A stretch of DNA of 63,059 nt, the filler included, from Dicyema japonicum (lineage: Eukaryota > Animalia > Dicyemida), in assembly GCA_011109175.1 (NCBI GenBank). It is 5 parts of 5 records of this genome, joined end to end, with 100 filler letters (N's around TTAATTAATTAA, not from the genome) between each part and the next. Parts side by side here need not be neighbours in the genome. Positions count along the whole stretch, not along the records: positions 1 to 29,211 come from RDEW01000001.1; 4 more parts are not named here. One strand, written 5' to 3'. Shown here one piece after another: positions 12,190-24,560 of the stretch. The stretch's first letter is position 1. Every line of letters starts with the position of its first letter. Both the position numbers and the translations under genes were made by a program. The notes under the pieces are model-generated. The model was not told the DNA's origin and ran no database searches. It worked only from the letters and a program-made list of their open reading frames with translations.

Positions 12190-15000
12190 ATCAGATCAAA
12201 CCCAAGAACATAATCCATCCCAAGTAAGGATGACTGGGACCACGTATACTTTTGCTTTGTGTATTATCCCCACGTAATTTGCGAGAAGATCGTACTTGCG
12301 GAATTTCTCAACTTCTACATGTTTCAAAGAATCTTGGGAGGTTATTCCCACTTCTATTAGCGTTATTATGTTCTTGATTTTGTCATGCACGAATATATCC
12401 GGCTTGTTGTTCTCTATTCTCGTGTCCGTTGATATTGTTGTGTCAACGCGAATTTCCACAAATTCAGTTACAACCGTTGGTTAGACTGAATGAGTCTTTA
12501 GTCTTTTCGATTTCTTTATTCCATACTGTCTGCACAGGTGTAAGTGTATGCACCTGACGACCTCATTATGACAAAGTAGGTATATTGAGCATTCTTCCAC
12601 ACCTTGTAGCCAGCCAGATGATCAAATGTTTTTTTTTACTGAATTGCTATGACTGCATTTTGCGCGATTTTCATCGAAGAAAACATTCCGATCCTGGACA
12701 TAGCATTCTGTCGGTCCTTAGGGAGTTGTTCCCGGCGATCAACCATTGGCTAGATTGTTTGACATCAACATTCTGATCTTCTGTAATCGAACATCATAGG
12801 ATGCATAGGTTATCTTTTTATTTTTTCTAACAGCTCCTTTTGTTGTAATCCTTTAGCTGTTTTAGATTTAAGTCGCTTCTGTCTAAGCGGTATTTTCCAG
12901 CTAGGAATCTTACGATAGTGGCCATATAATTTTTCTTTGCGTCCAAGACCCGTAGGATTCCTGCTCATCTCAAACATGTGTTGGACTTGTGTTGCAGGTC
13001 ATTGTAGAAATGAAGTCAATCTACATACAACAGAAGTCAATCCTCTCCCAAAAAAATCTTGTTGTAAATACAATCTTTCTTTATTTGCAGGTTTACAGTG
13101 AATCCGAGGATTTAAAAATATACTACGTGTACACTTATCAATTGTTTAAACTCATCGGGTTCAATTTCAATGAGTCCTATATAGTCGCATGCTCATTGAT
13201 TGCCTTGAAGAAGTTAACACTATTCAGTTTAGCCTTTGTAAGATTCACGATCCTATTCTCCACTTCTGCATAAATAGACTTCATCACATTAGTCTTCATG
13301 ACGTCACTACATTTGTCTTCTAATACGCCAAGATATCGATATCCTCCAAGACCGTCAAGTAACATAGCTTTTTCAACCAAACATTCAACATTTGTGGCTG
13401 ATTTGTCGATATTAGGCTCCAGTCCAGCCGCATCAAAAAATTTTCCAACTTTTTTTCATCATTCTTAGCATTGTGTCATCCTCATAGCATATCAAATTAA
13501 GATCATCCATAAACAACAAGTGGTTAGTAGCATAGATAAGAGTATTTCTCTCAGCATCCATGGTCACTTTAGGGTATTTACCATTTAATAGTCGACTCAA
13601 CGGATCAACCAATAATACAAATAACTGTGGAAATAAGGAATCTTCTTATAATATTCCCCTTCTAAGATTCAGCACACCAAGCAATTTTCCATTAAATTTT
13701 AGTTGGATTGTCCACATTTTCATAAGTTTTTTTATAAACGTAATAATCCATATAGGTAATCCAGAGTTTTCTAAAGATCGTACAGAAAGCCATGGTCCAC
13801 AGAATCGAACGCTTTATTTACATCGATCCAAGTCGAGCGTAAATAAGCGACTGTTTGTTAATGCATTTGTTGACCAAGGCTTGTTCCTTTGCGCCCTGGC
13901 ACATTCTACGAGTTCCTAACTGGTTGTCAGTGATTAGATCGAATACTTCAATATACTTTCTTAGTTTGCTATTCACCCACTTTGTTGTCTATTTATAGAG
14001 GTTAGACATGCACGTGATCGATCTAAGGTCCTTCGTAGAGTCACAAACCTCTTTCTTCGGGATAATGTAAGTGACACCAGCGAAAAACCATGCCTCAGGA
14101 GTCGATTTTTCTTTTATCACCTTTTTTACTTCTTTGTATATATGTTCATGGAGTGACGTAATCTTCTTAATAAAGAAATTGTAGATCCCATCACATCCGC
14201 ACGCTCTCCAATTAGGCAATAGTTTATCATCATACTTCTGACTTCCCGATGACCCAACTAGTGCGCTGGTTTTCTCACCCTGATGCTTTAGTTTTGTAAG
14301 TCGCCTATTCATTGATTGCAGCCAGTTGCTCTCCTTTTGAACAGTAGAAGTAAGTGTTTCATATGAGCATTGTTTTGCATATAGAAGATCTGTAATATTT
14401 TCCATTGTATTCAGGGGCATACTATTGATATAGTATCTCACAGCATAACTCAATCCGGATAATATTTCCTTTTTGAGAAAATGATAAGGAATTTTCCTGG
14501 TTGGCTTTCGTTTATCCCGGGGCATCGACTTGATCTCTTGAATCCGGCATAAAAACTCTTCCAAGCACTTAGTTAAACAGGCAATCTCCGACTTCTCAAC
14601 GCTCAACCGATTTCGTTCTTGGTGACACATAGTATTCTTTACATGAGTTTTGAGAAGTAATTTTACGTTTGCTACAGACTTGATGGTACCGAACCGCATA
14701 TTGAAGATATCTGCAGTTAAAGGCCCCCCACCTCGAGGAATCCTTCCAAATCTCGACGTGGCGGTTCCAACAAATTGTGCAATCCATGCAGCTTTGTCAT
14801 CTTAATCAACCGATTCAGCCATCGCCCGTAGTGACGTGATAGTAGAAGTCATGTTGTCATGCAAAATTCCCTGTTCTGTAAACACTTCATGGACAACCAT
14901 GTCTACGTTAATGTTGGTTTCTCTTTCATATCCATTCGTAGATGAGTCCTCTGGTAATGTTTCCAACTCATTCTGAGAAACAAACATGCTCCATAACAAC
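12190..15000 (-). mobile_element. RLE-type non-LTR retrotransposon (R4/Dong/NeSL-like), decayed, near full length
   Basis: LPNWRACGCDGIYNFFIK, TYIIPKK...DLRSITCMSNLYK, RGILxxDSLFPQLFVLLVDPL, NHLLFMDD, YRYLGVLE, TDTRIENNKPDIF...LIEVGIT...EKFRKYDLL (RLE). Confidence 0.9.
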
Positions 15001-18000
15001 AAATTATAATAATTTCTAAATATAATAATAATAAAATAAAAATAATTTTATTTAAAAATTAATTTATTTTTAAAATTAGTGTAATGTTAACATTTAAAAA
15101 AAACGTTGCTGGTTAATGGTTGTTGTTGATAAGAACCACCTAAATTTATCGGATTATGTGGACTAATGTGCTTAATTGAGTAAAGAAAACCCAAATTGAA
15201 CGGCCGCCGAGCTTGTCCGACATGTTTCTGACCGGATACTTCTAGGATTTGTCCTCTGCAAAACAACACAAAATTTCCGTTTTTACGAGCAACAATGACT
15301 ACCTTAACCGCTGATTGTCGAGAATAATGGACTGCCTCGGTTATTGAAAGCACCGCTATAGACTCGGTCGTGTCTCCAGAGGTGGATGGGCTACCCTCTT
15401 GGAAGGGTTCAAGTCTAAGTTTGGAGAGGAAACAACAATGCCTGAGTTCGGAAAACTGATATACGTACAAAAACACCAACAATTACCATGTAATGAACAT
15501 GATTTGAAGGGGACCTCAGTTTCTAAGCCTGATATGTCCTCGACATCTATTGAGGTCAAATTGTATGTTCGTTGTGAACGTACTTCTATTGAGGAGTTAC
15601 GAACGAATCAGTCAATTGATTATTTTTCAAGACCTCGTACGAAGAAAATTCTTTATGTAAAATTTGATGTGGATATTCTCGAGTGCCTGAGCCGTGTTAT
15701 TAATGCTTGGATTGAAGTCAATCACCAACATCAATTGATCAAATTTCCTCTATTATTTATGCTGGGGAAACTGCCTACTAAACTCTTACCGCAAAGAAAT
15801 TTGAGCCCTCAAAATGGAAGGAGGATGTGACTAAGAAAGTTGAACAATGGAAATGAAATTTTGTTTTTATTTAAAAGTTTTTTACGAGGACTCTTTCTAT
15901 TGACGAGAAGTCTATGGCGTGTCATGCTTTGTCGATAGTTGGTTACAGGAAAAAACAATCTGAAGAAAGGGCCAGATTTATGGCTCTTATTTACGAGTTG
16001 TTTTCCCAAGTAATTCTTGACAAGCAGCCAAGGATTATGCGAATGACAGGGAATCAGTTTTAAATAACCCAGTCAGGTCGGGTTTCCTTCCCAAGGTAAG
16101 ACAAGATTCAAAGTCATATATTAATTCGGGTTTTGAAAGTATTTTGAATATAAATAAGTTTCTTATTCGACTTCATCGTGGTCCCATCAGGTTCGAAATG
16201 ATCTTATTCTTAGTACAATTTACCACGTGTTTGCTGAAATTATCTAGCATTCGATGGGTCTTGAATCTGTTTTGTGATTTTTAGTGTCTTTCTGAATGTT
16301 CGGAAATATTGCTTGCTATAAAACCTTAGGAGATATCTATTTTTGTTTAATAATTTGTTATTTTAGTTGCCGACACTCAGATATGTTAGAATATGAGTTT
16401 TTCGTAAGACTACTATTTTGATGTATGTGATCTCTGTTNNNNNNNNNNNNNNNNNNNNNNNNNNNNNNNNNNNNNNNNNNNNNNNNNNNNNNNNNNNNNN
16501 NNNNNNNNNNNNNNNNNNNNNNNNNNNNNNNNNNNNNNNNNNNNNNNNNNNNNNNNNNNNNNNNNNNNNNNNNNNNNNNNNNNNNNNNNNNNNNNNNNNN
16601 NNNNNNNNNNNNNNNNNNNNNNNNNNNNNNNNNNNNNNNNNNNNNNNNNNNNNNNNNNNNNNNNNNNNNNNNNNNNNNNTTCTTGGTGACACGTAGTATT
16701 CTTTACATAAGTTTTGAGAAGTAATTTTACGTTTGCCACAGACTTGGTGGTACCGAACCGCATATTGAAGATATCTGCGGTTAAAGGCCCCCCACCTCGA
16801 GGAATCCTTCCAAATTTCGACGTGGCAGTTCCAACAAATTGTGCAATCCATGCAGCTTTGTCATCTTAATCAACCGATTCAGCCATCGCCCGTAGTGACG
16901 TGATAGTAAAAGTCATGTTATCATGCGAAATTCCCTGTTCTGTAAGCACTCCATGTCTACGTTTGTGTTGGTTTCTCTTTCATATCCATTCGTAGATAGG
17001 TCCGCTGGTAATGTTTCTAACTCATTCTGAGAAACAAACATGCTCCACAACAACAAATTATAATAATTTCTAAATATAATAATAATAAAATAAAAATAAT
17101 TTTATTTAAAAATTAATTTATCTATAATTTTAGTGTAATATCAACATTTTAAAAACACGTTGCTGGTTAATGGTTGTTGTTGATAAGAACCATCTAAATT
17201 CATCGGATTATGCAAACTTCTGTGCCTAATTGAGTAAAGAAAACCCAAATCGAACGGCTGCCGAGCTTGTCCGACATGTTTCTGACCGGATACTTAGGAT
17301 TTGTCCTCTGCGAAACAACACAAAATTTCCGTTTTTACGAGCAACAATGACTACCTTAACCGCTGATTGTCGAGAATAATGGACTGCCTCGGTTATTGAA
17401 AGCACCGCTATAGACTCGGTCGTGTCCCCTGAGGTGGATGGGCTACTCTCTTGGAAGGGTTAAAGTCTAAGTTCGGAGAGGAAATAACAATGACTTAGTT
17501 CAGAAAACTGATATACGCACAAAAACGACAACAATTACATTTTGTTTTTATTCAAAAGTTTTTTACCAAGAATCTTTCTACTGATGAGAAGTCTATGGTG
17601 TGCCATGCTGTCGATAGTTGGTTACAGGAAAAAACAATCTGGAGAAAGGGCCAGATTTACGGCTCTTATTTACGAGTTTTTTTCCCAAGTAATTCTTGAC
17701 AAGCAGCCAAGGATTATGCGAATGACAGGGAATCAGTTTTAAATGACCTAGTCAGGTAGGTTCTCCATCCAAGGTAAGACAAGATTCAAATACACATATT
17801 AATTCGGTTTTTGAAAGTATTTTGAACATAAATAAGTTTCTTATTCGAATTCATCGTGGTCCCATCAGGTTTGAAGTGATCTTATTCTTAGTACAATTTA
17901 CCACGTGTTTGCTTAAATTATCTCTCATTAGACGGATCTTGAATCTGTTTCGTGATTTTTAGTGTCTTTCTGAATGTTCGGAAATATTGCTTACTATAAA

Positions 18001-18122
18001 ACCTTGGGAGATATCTATTTTTGTTTAGCAATTTTTTTATTTTAGTTGCCGACACTCAGATATGTTAGAATATATGAGTTTTTCGTAAGACTACTATTTT
18101 GATGTATGTGATCTCTGTTCAC
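14620..18122. repeat. Diverged segmental duplication: 14620-16438 versus 16680-18122
   Basis: Both copies hold the LINE 5' part plus the same flank. They differ by many substitutions and copy 2 lacks roughly 15480-15850. An N gap (16439-16679) separates them. Confidence 0.8.
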
Positions 18123-18274
18123 TTTCTATGAAAAGTACGAGCACCAAATTTTTGTTTATCTTGGTTATTACGGATATTTTGTTAGACGAAAATGAAATAA
18201 ATTGTTTATTGATTTCAGAGGAATTGAGATTCTTCGCTATGGTTTTGAAGGATCTCTTTAACTATATACTAGAT

Positions 18275-19248
18275 CAGAGGTTCCCAACCTGGGTTCCGCA
18301 AAATAATCTAGGGGTTCCGCGAAGTTCCAAGTTTATTTTTTCAAAAGAATTATTTTTCAAAACAAATTAATTTAATTTGCGCGTGTCTAAATGGAGTCTT
18401 GTGACAGTGCATATTTTTAGTTCGATCGTATCGAGAAAGTTTTATTGCCTTTGGTTTCACATGGACTAGGAACATGGACTGCACTATACCACTTTGTGTT
18501 GTTTGCGGTAAAAAACTTGCGAATAATGCTATGGCTCCAACGAAACTTGACGTCATTTCTCCACCAAGCACCTGAACTTTCAGAGAAAAAAAATAATATT
18601 GGACCAGAATAGAGCTCAAAAATCCTGTATTACAAAAAATCAAAATAAACGAAAAATCACTGCATGCCAGTTATGCTGTTGCTGAGATTGGCGCTAAAAA
18701 TATGAAATTGCATACTCTCGCCGAAACGGTTATTTTGCCTGCATGCAAAGAAGTAGTGAAGATAATGTTCGGAAAAATTGCTGTCGCTGAGCTCGACTTA
18801 ATTCCTATTTCTAATAATTCTGTGAGCAGACGCATCAAGGATATCTCTGATGACATTGAAACCACTTTGGTTCAGCGAATAAACATCAGCCTCAACCATC
18901 TTACTAACTGGTATTTTATTTTTCTATATTAGTAAAATACTGATAATTGTTAAAAACTATATAAGGGTTCCGTATAAAATGTAAAATGTCGATAGGGTTC
19001 CGTGNTCGGAAAAATTGCTGCCGCTGAGCTCGACTTAATTCCTATTTCTAATAATTCTGTGATCTGACGCATCAAGGATATGTCTGATGACATTGAAACC
19101 ACTTTGGTTCGGCGAATAAACATCAGTCTCAACCATCTCACTAACTAGCATTTTATTTTTCTATATAATTAAAATACTGATAATTGTTAAAAACTATATA
19201 AGGGTTCTGTATAAAATGAAAAATGTCGATAGGGTTCCGTGCTCACTG
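18275..19248 (+). mobile_element. hAT (Charlie/Buster, ZBED5-like) deletion derivative with an 8-bp TSD
   Basis: Starts CAGAGGTTCCCAACCT, ends CACTG, flanked by TACTAGAT at 18267-18274 and 19249-19256. Encodes HTLAETVILPACKEVVKIMFG...IPISNNSVSRRIKDISDDIE. Confidence 0.9.
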
Positions 19249-19639
19249 TACTAGATTATTTATGCGTATTACCAGTAATTGAAATTGCGGGAAAACTAGA
19301 TAAATTTTCAATGAGTAAGCGTTAACTGGGGATTGTGGAGTAAGACAAGATTTATTGTAAAATTTTTATTTTATTACAAGAAAGTTAGATAGCTCTGATC
19401 TTCTTTTTCATGTTCACTATTTTATCTAAAGTTATATTTGTTTTATATTAAGTGATACAAATGATACTTCGTACACATTTGTATATATAGATTTCTGAGA
19501 GACTTTAATACACATAAATTTTAAAATATTCCAGTTTATAAAAGAACATCTTTATGAAGCCTACTGTGATATTCATAGGAGGTTTCATCGCTCCTCTCGG
19601 GCAGGACACTAACTTTATTTAAGTATAGAACTGTATGAT

Positions 19640-19960
19640 AACTAATAGTAGAAGGAGGACCAAGGAATGCGCTTTACTTCTTTTGTTGTTAGGTGGGAGT
19701 CCTTTTGTAGACGATCCAATTTAGGAGTGAGATGATCACTGATGGCGGTGTCACTCGTTAAACCAAAGCTTCTTTGATGTTTGGAATCTGTATGATAACA
19801 AATAGTAGAGGGAGAACCAAGGAATGCGTTTTACTTCATTTCTTGTTAGGTGGGAGTCGGTTTGTAGACGATACGGTTCAGGAGTGAGATTTTCACTGAT
19901 GAAGGTGTCACTCGTTAAACCAAAGCTTCTTTGATGTTTGGAACCTTCAGCCAGTATGTA
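19640..19960. repeat. Two diverged ~157-bp tandem copies of an unassigned dispersed family (also at 46125-46270 and 49095-49260)
   Basis: Shared motifs TAGACGAT, AGTG..TCACTGA and GTCACT(C/A)GT(C/T)AAA in all four copies. Confidence 0.75.
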
Positions 19961-20129
19961 CAGCAGCGAGATTAGAATAAGGGGCATCAGGCCTAGTTCC
20001 CGGCATATCTCTAAAGTAATCCTTAGAACTAATTATATTTAAACAGTATCTCTAACTACTCCAAATCTACAATTTGCTTAATTCTGAATTAAAGTTTTTC
20101 AGAATTAGTATGTTGTTGTCCGGTAGCAT

Positions 20130-20480
20130 TTTACAGAATGCCTGTCCTAGTGAGATTTTTATGGGATTGGGCACAATCAGCCATCTTCCCAGTCGTTCCT
20201 TTTCTTTTATTAGTATCAATGATCCGATGGTGAGAAGAAGGTTAGGTCACGATGAGGATAGATACGTGGATGACGTCGATGTTCATTTCCTCGTGATGTC
20301 ACTTGGAAATACTTGTAATTTATACAAATCATGTCAAAAAGACCACTTGGATTTTTTATTGACTGGCCAAAGAATTTCCACTGGCGAACATCGAGGAGGC
20401 ACAAAGCCTAAGCTCAAAAATATCCCTTTTGTAGTCATTGAAGTCAACAAACTTCAAGTTATTTTTATTTTTGACAAAAT
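20130..20480 (+). mobile_element. Possible Penelope-like RT remnant
   Basis: ACPSEIFMGL...RYVDDVDVHF...KNIPFVVIEVNKLQ loosely follows the PLE motifs (SP.LA.IFM, RYVDD, NIQFTME.ENNKLPF). Confidence 0.35.
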
Positions 20481-20525
20481 AANNNNNNNNNNNNNNNNNN
20501 NNNNNNNNNNNNNNNNNNNNNNNNN

Positions 20526-20979
20526 CTGTATTTTCGTCAAAAAGTGGCTTTGGGATGCAATTTAGACTGTTTTAAAGGAAAATGCTATATTTTCGTCAAA
20601 GAGCCTAGAAATTATGAGAATGCCAAAATTTTTTGTCAAAACCTGGGTGGAAACATAGCCAATATCGACTGCTATGGGACTAATAGATATATTCTCGGTA
20701 TGTTTGGTTGTGTAGACTTTGCTAGAGACATTTTATAAGCCGAATGAAATAAGATTTTTCATTGGCGTCAACGATATTAGAAGAGAAAGAATATTCTACG
20801 ATTCGAATGGAAACAGACAGACATACTTTAATTGGAATAGTGGTGAACCCAACAATATCGGGGACGAAGACTGTGTTGTTATGATGAATATTAACGGAAA
20901 ATGGAATGATTTGAGGTGTAATATAGTCAACCCGTTCCTATGTGAACTCACAGGTTATATCCCTGAGTGTATGATTTAA
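20526..20979 (+). CDS. C-type lectin domain protein 2 (EPN/WND), 5' end in an N gap
   Basis: CNLDCFKGKCYIF...AKIFCQNLGG; a 28-nt GT-AG intron (20698-20725) joins the two track ORFs; FFIGVND, WNSGEPNNIGDEDC, WNDLRC...PFLCE, TAA. Confidence 0.85.
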
Positions 20980-21179
20980 TAGATGTGTCTCAAACGGAAT
21001 GCTATAAGTAAAATAAGTAAACTTACTAATATCTAACATTAATATTCATTAATTTAAAATTTGGCCTGATCATGAAATTTAGAGTAATTTTGTTGTTTTG
21101 AGGTTTACGATCAAAATGAGATAAATACCGATCAAATTGAGATATGTGCCTTTTGAAATTGGACATAGATTAAGATGTC

Positions 21180-21950
21180 TTGAATCAGAACAAACGGGAC
21201 GCAATTTTCTGCAATGCTATCGTTGATAGCCTAAAGCAATAGTCGAACCAACAGCGGCTTGCCTGTTTGCTATCTGCTGCACAACATGGGAGTAGTGGAT
21301 GGCTCCACGCATTCTGTGCGTTTCTTTCGGAACTCTTATGGACGACGACTGTGTGAGAATCGGAATAGCACCACGATTGGGACTTTACGTCTGCCAGAAA
21401 GACAGATGCCGTTGTGGAGGAGCAGTTGACATCTAAGGATTACATCAATTGTCTTGCAAAAAGAGTGCAGGTCGCTCACTTCGTCACACCGCATTGAATA
21501 ATGTTATTCTGCGAACCCTCGATGCAGTATGCTTCCTAGCTCAACTGGAGCCTGTTGGACTGGATCCTGGAGATAGCAAAAAGCCAGACGGAATGACGTT
21601 TTTCCCATATTCACACGGAAAATCATTGGTCTGGATGCAACATGTGTTGATACCTCCTCCACTTCGCTCTTTCTGAGATCTGCTCAGAAAACTGGATCTG
21701 CGGCCAACGCAGCAGAATTGGCTTAAATCCAGAAGTATTCAGATATTGGAGACCAATACCGATTCACACCAGTGGCTGTAAAAACGGCAGGAGCCGTAAG
21801 ATCCCTCATTGAGGCCTTTCTAAAAAAATAGGAGCAAAACTAGCGAGCCTAAATGAAGAACCCTGCGAATCGTTCTGGCTAAGACAACGAATCTGTATTG
21901 CCGTATTACGTGTAAGCGCATATACAATCCTACTCGCAAATGATTAATTA
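21180..21950 (+). mobile_element. CRE-clade retrotransposon 3' fragment
   Basis: GSSGWL, CRCGGAVD, SCKKSAGRSLRHTALNNVI, LEPVGLDPGDSKKPDG, WLRQRICIAV. Confidence 0.8.
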
Positions 21951-22279
21951 TTTAAATTAATTTTTTTGTTATTTCCGTTAAAAAACATAGATTAATCTAT
22001 ATGAGATATATTGACCAAAATGAGATATTCGTTATAAAAAAAACCAACGCAACTGTTTTGTGAATTGCAAAATCATCGTATCATGTTACAGGATCCATTA
22101 AATATATAATCCAGCGGGGACAATGCTTTTTTTGAAAAATTATATTATTTGTTTAATCAAACAAATTACTTTTTTTAATTAATTTAAAAATTAATTTGTT
22201 ATTTTTCCTATTTTTTATAATTCAAAACAATACATTTTTTGAAATTAGATGATCGACACTATTTTGTTGTGATTCATTT

Positions 22280-23320
22280 ATGTCCTAATAACGTAAATTG
22301 CATTACAAAAAATCTTTATGCATGCTACATCGACAATATATTAGAACTGCTATAAATTATCCCTGTCCTGCTTGGCCTCCACCTTTCTTTCTCAAACCTA
22401 GAAAAATGAAGAAAATTCAATTACTGCCTTACGGGTTCCATCAATTGTCTAAAACGACAATTATTGACTACACTCATCGAGAATGTAGAATGTTATTTAT
22501 CTCCGATCGCCTCGAAATGTTGGGAGTACTTACTCAGCATCATAAAATTATGTAGGTACCATTAAGTACATGATCTAATAGGACACTGCTTTTTTGGACA
22601 AATTATTTTTTTGTACTATCAGATGCATTGGTCCTATCTTGAACGCCCTCCATGTTGGTCTATCTTCGGCCAGGACAAGGAAGCCCTCAGAATAATCCAC
22701 AAACAATATATAAGAACAACCTTGAACTGCGGGAATCCACTATTCTTTTACCGTAAAATCAAATATGGATAGGGAATCTCCAATTCTTTAACGAAACCAC
22801 AGAACCATAGCACCTTGACATTTCTTGACTCATGTGAAGAATTGAAGAACGATAACCAACATGTTTCGTGAACTTTCTTAAATTTCTCAGACACCTCCGG
22901 TCTATGAGAGAGTACAAAAACAAAGCAAAGACAATTCATGACCATATCTCTACCGAAGCTAATGGGCTTTCCCCATTGGGGGATGACTCGGAGGCTACCC
23001 TCAATATAGAAACGAGCAGGATCCTATCACAACTACGCCTGGAACAATCTGCTGAATGGACATTCCCCATTGGGTGTTGACTTGGATGCTACCCTCAATA
23101 TAGAAACGAGCAGGATCCTAGCACAACTACGTCCTGACCACTCACTCATTAAAAACTAGTCGAAGCAATTGTTATTGATTCTATGAGAAGCTTTCCTGCC
23201 GAGACCTTCGGTGGACATCGAAGACTTGTAGAAACGTACAGCTTTAGCTGTCGGACGACTTCCCTTAGTCAAGGTAGCGAGGTTGGGGAACTAGCTAACT
23301 AATGACAATCCTAAAAATAG
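22280..23320 (+). mobile_element. Ingi/I-like LINE 3' part, decayed, with an internal ~93-bp duplication
   Basis: RQYIRTAINYPCPAW, ECRMLFISDRLEML; similar to the 3' regions of 43300-44900 and 29312-31560. Confidence 0.6.
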
Positions 23321-24124
23321 TACTGTTAAATAAGGGGCGATAAAATTCGCGGAAGCGATTTAAAAAAGGTTAAGAACCACTTATATAGACCATATCTCCC
23401 TCATAGACCAAACTAGTTCTAGCAATGTTTGAAAATATTCAATATTGAATGAGATATTTATTAATCAGGACATTGCTTAGTATTGTTTCAGCTAACTACT
23501 CAAATTTTGGCAATTGTACTACTACACTTAGAGGCGTTTACCACCAACTTGTCTTTATTACTCGGAATCAGTCATTTCTACTCTTCCAGCATCCATGAGA
23601 TTCTTAAGCTCAACAACCATACTTTCAAGAGTTTTCTCTAACACGACTATTAATATTTCTAATAAACGAATATTGAATGACAAGATAATATTTTTTTTAT
23701 TAAGTAAGACAATGAATATCTGATATATTCTTTCCACGTCAGATTTTTTTGAGGTAAAATTAATCGATTTCCATAGAAATTTGTTTCATGCAAGAAATTC
23801 GGCAGATAATTTCAAAATGCGAAATTTCACCCCCAGTTACAATAATCTCGGTAATAATTACCCGCGTAATTTGACTACGGAATTATAATCTTATAATTGG
23901 ATTGCTCTCTGTTTTTCTTAAAAAAATGCGAAATAAAATATTTTCGTTTTTTTTTATTTTTTAATTATTTATAATATTAATAATTAAAAATAGCAGATGT
24001 TAAGTTATCTGTATGTACAATGATAATAATAATAATAATGATGACAGGATGACAAGAAGGATGTTCAGCCTGGTAGCGTTGTCAGTTTTACTTACTTAGA
24101 CGGTAATTAATCAAAAAGTAATCT

Positions 24125-24560
24125 TTGAGTTGCAATTTAGAATGTTTAATGGAAAATGCTATATTTATGTGAAAGTAGTGAAAATTATGAAAATGCTATG
24201 AGGTTTTGTCAAAAAATTTGAGGAGGTATAGCCAATATTGACATCGAGGAGACAAATGAATACATTCTCAGTATACTCAGTCGTTAGTTAAATAAATTTT
24301 TTAAACCAATTAAAGTGACTTTTTAAATTTCCGTCAACTAAATTCCTGGATTCTAATGGGTTCGAATAGGTAAACCAATGCATAACGTAGAAATACTTCA
24401 ATTGAAATAAAGGTGAGCCATGCAACATCCCGGACGAAGAATGTGTCGTTGTGATGAGCGTAAAATGATTTATAGTGTTCTACAAAGTAGAGATTTTTAT
24501 GTGAAAAAATATGGCTATATCGCGAATGTTCGATCCATATATGTAGCTGAATCGGTTGAA
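24125..24560 (+). pseudogene. C-type lectin pseudogene (paralog 3)
   Basis: CNLECFNGKCYIY...AMRFCQ, KYFN*NKGEPCNIPDEECVVV with stops and frameshifts; 21-nt intron at 24370-24390 in the same position as in lectin 1. Confidence 0.75.

Noticed and set aside
18843-18862. CTGATGACATTGAAAC, resembling a minimal hammerhead core
   Set aside because: It is the SDDIET codons of the hAT transposase, with no stems I or III.
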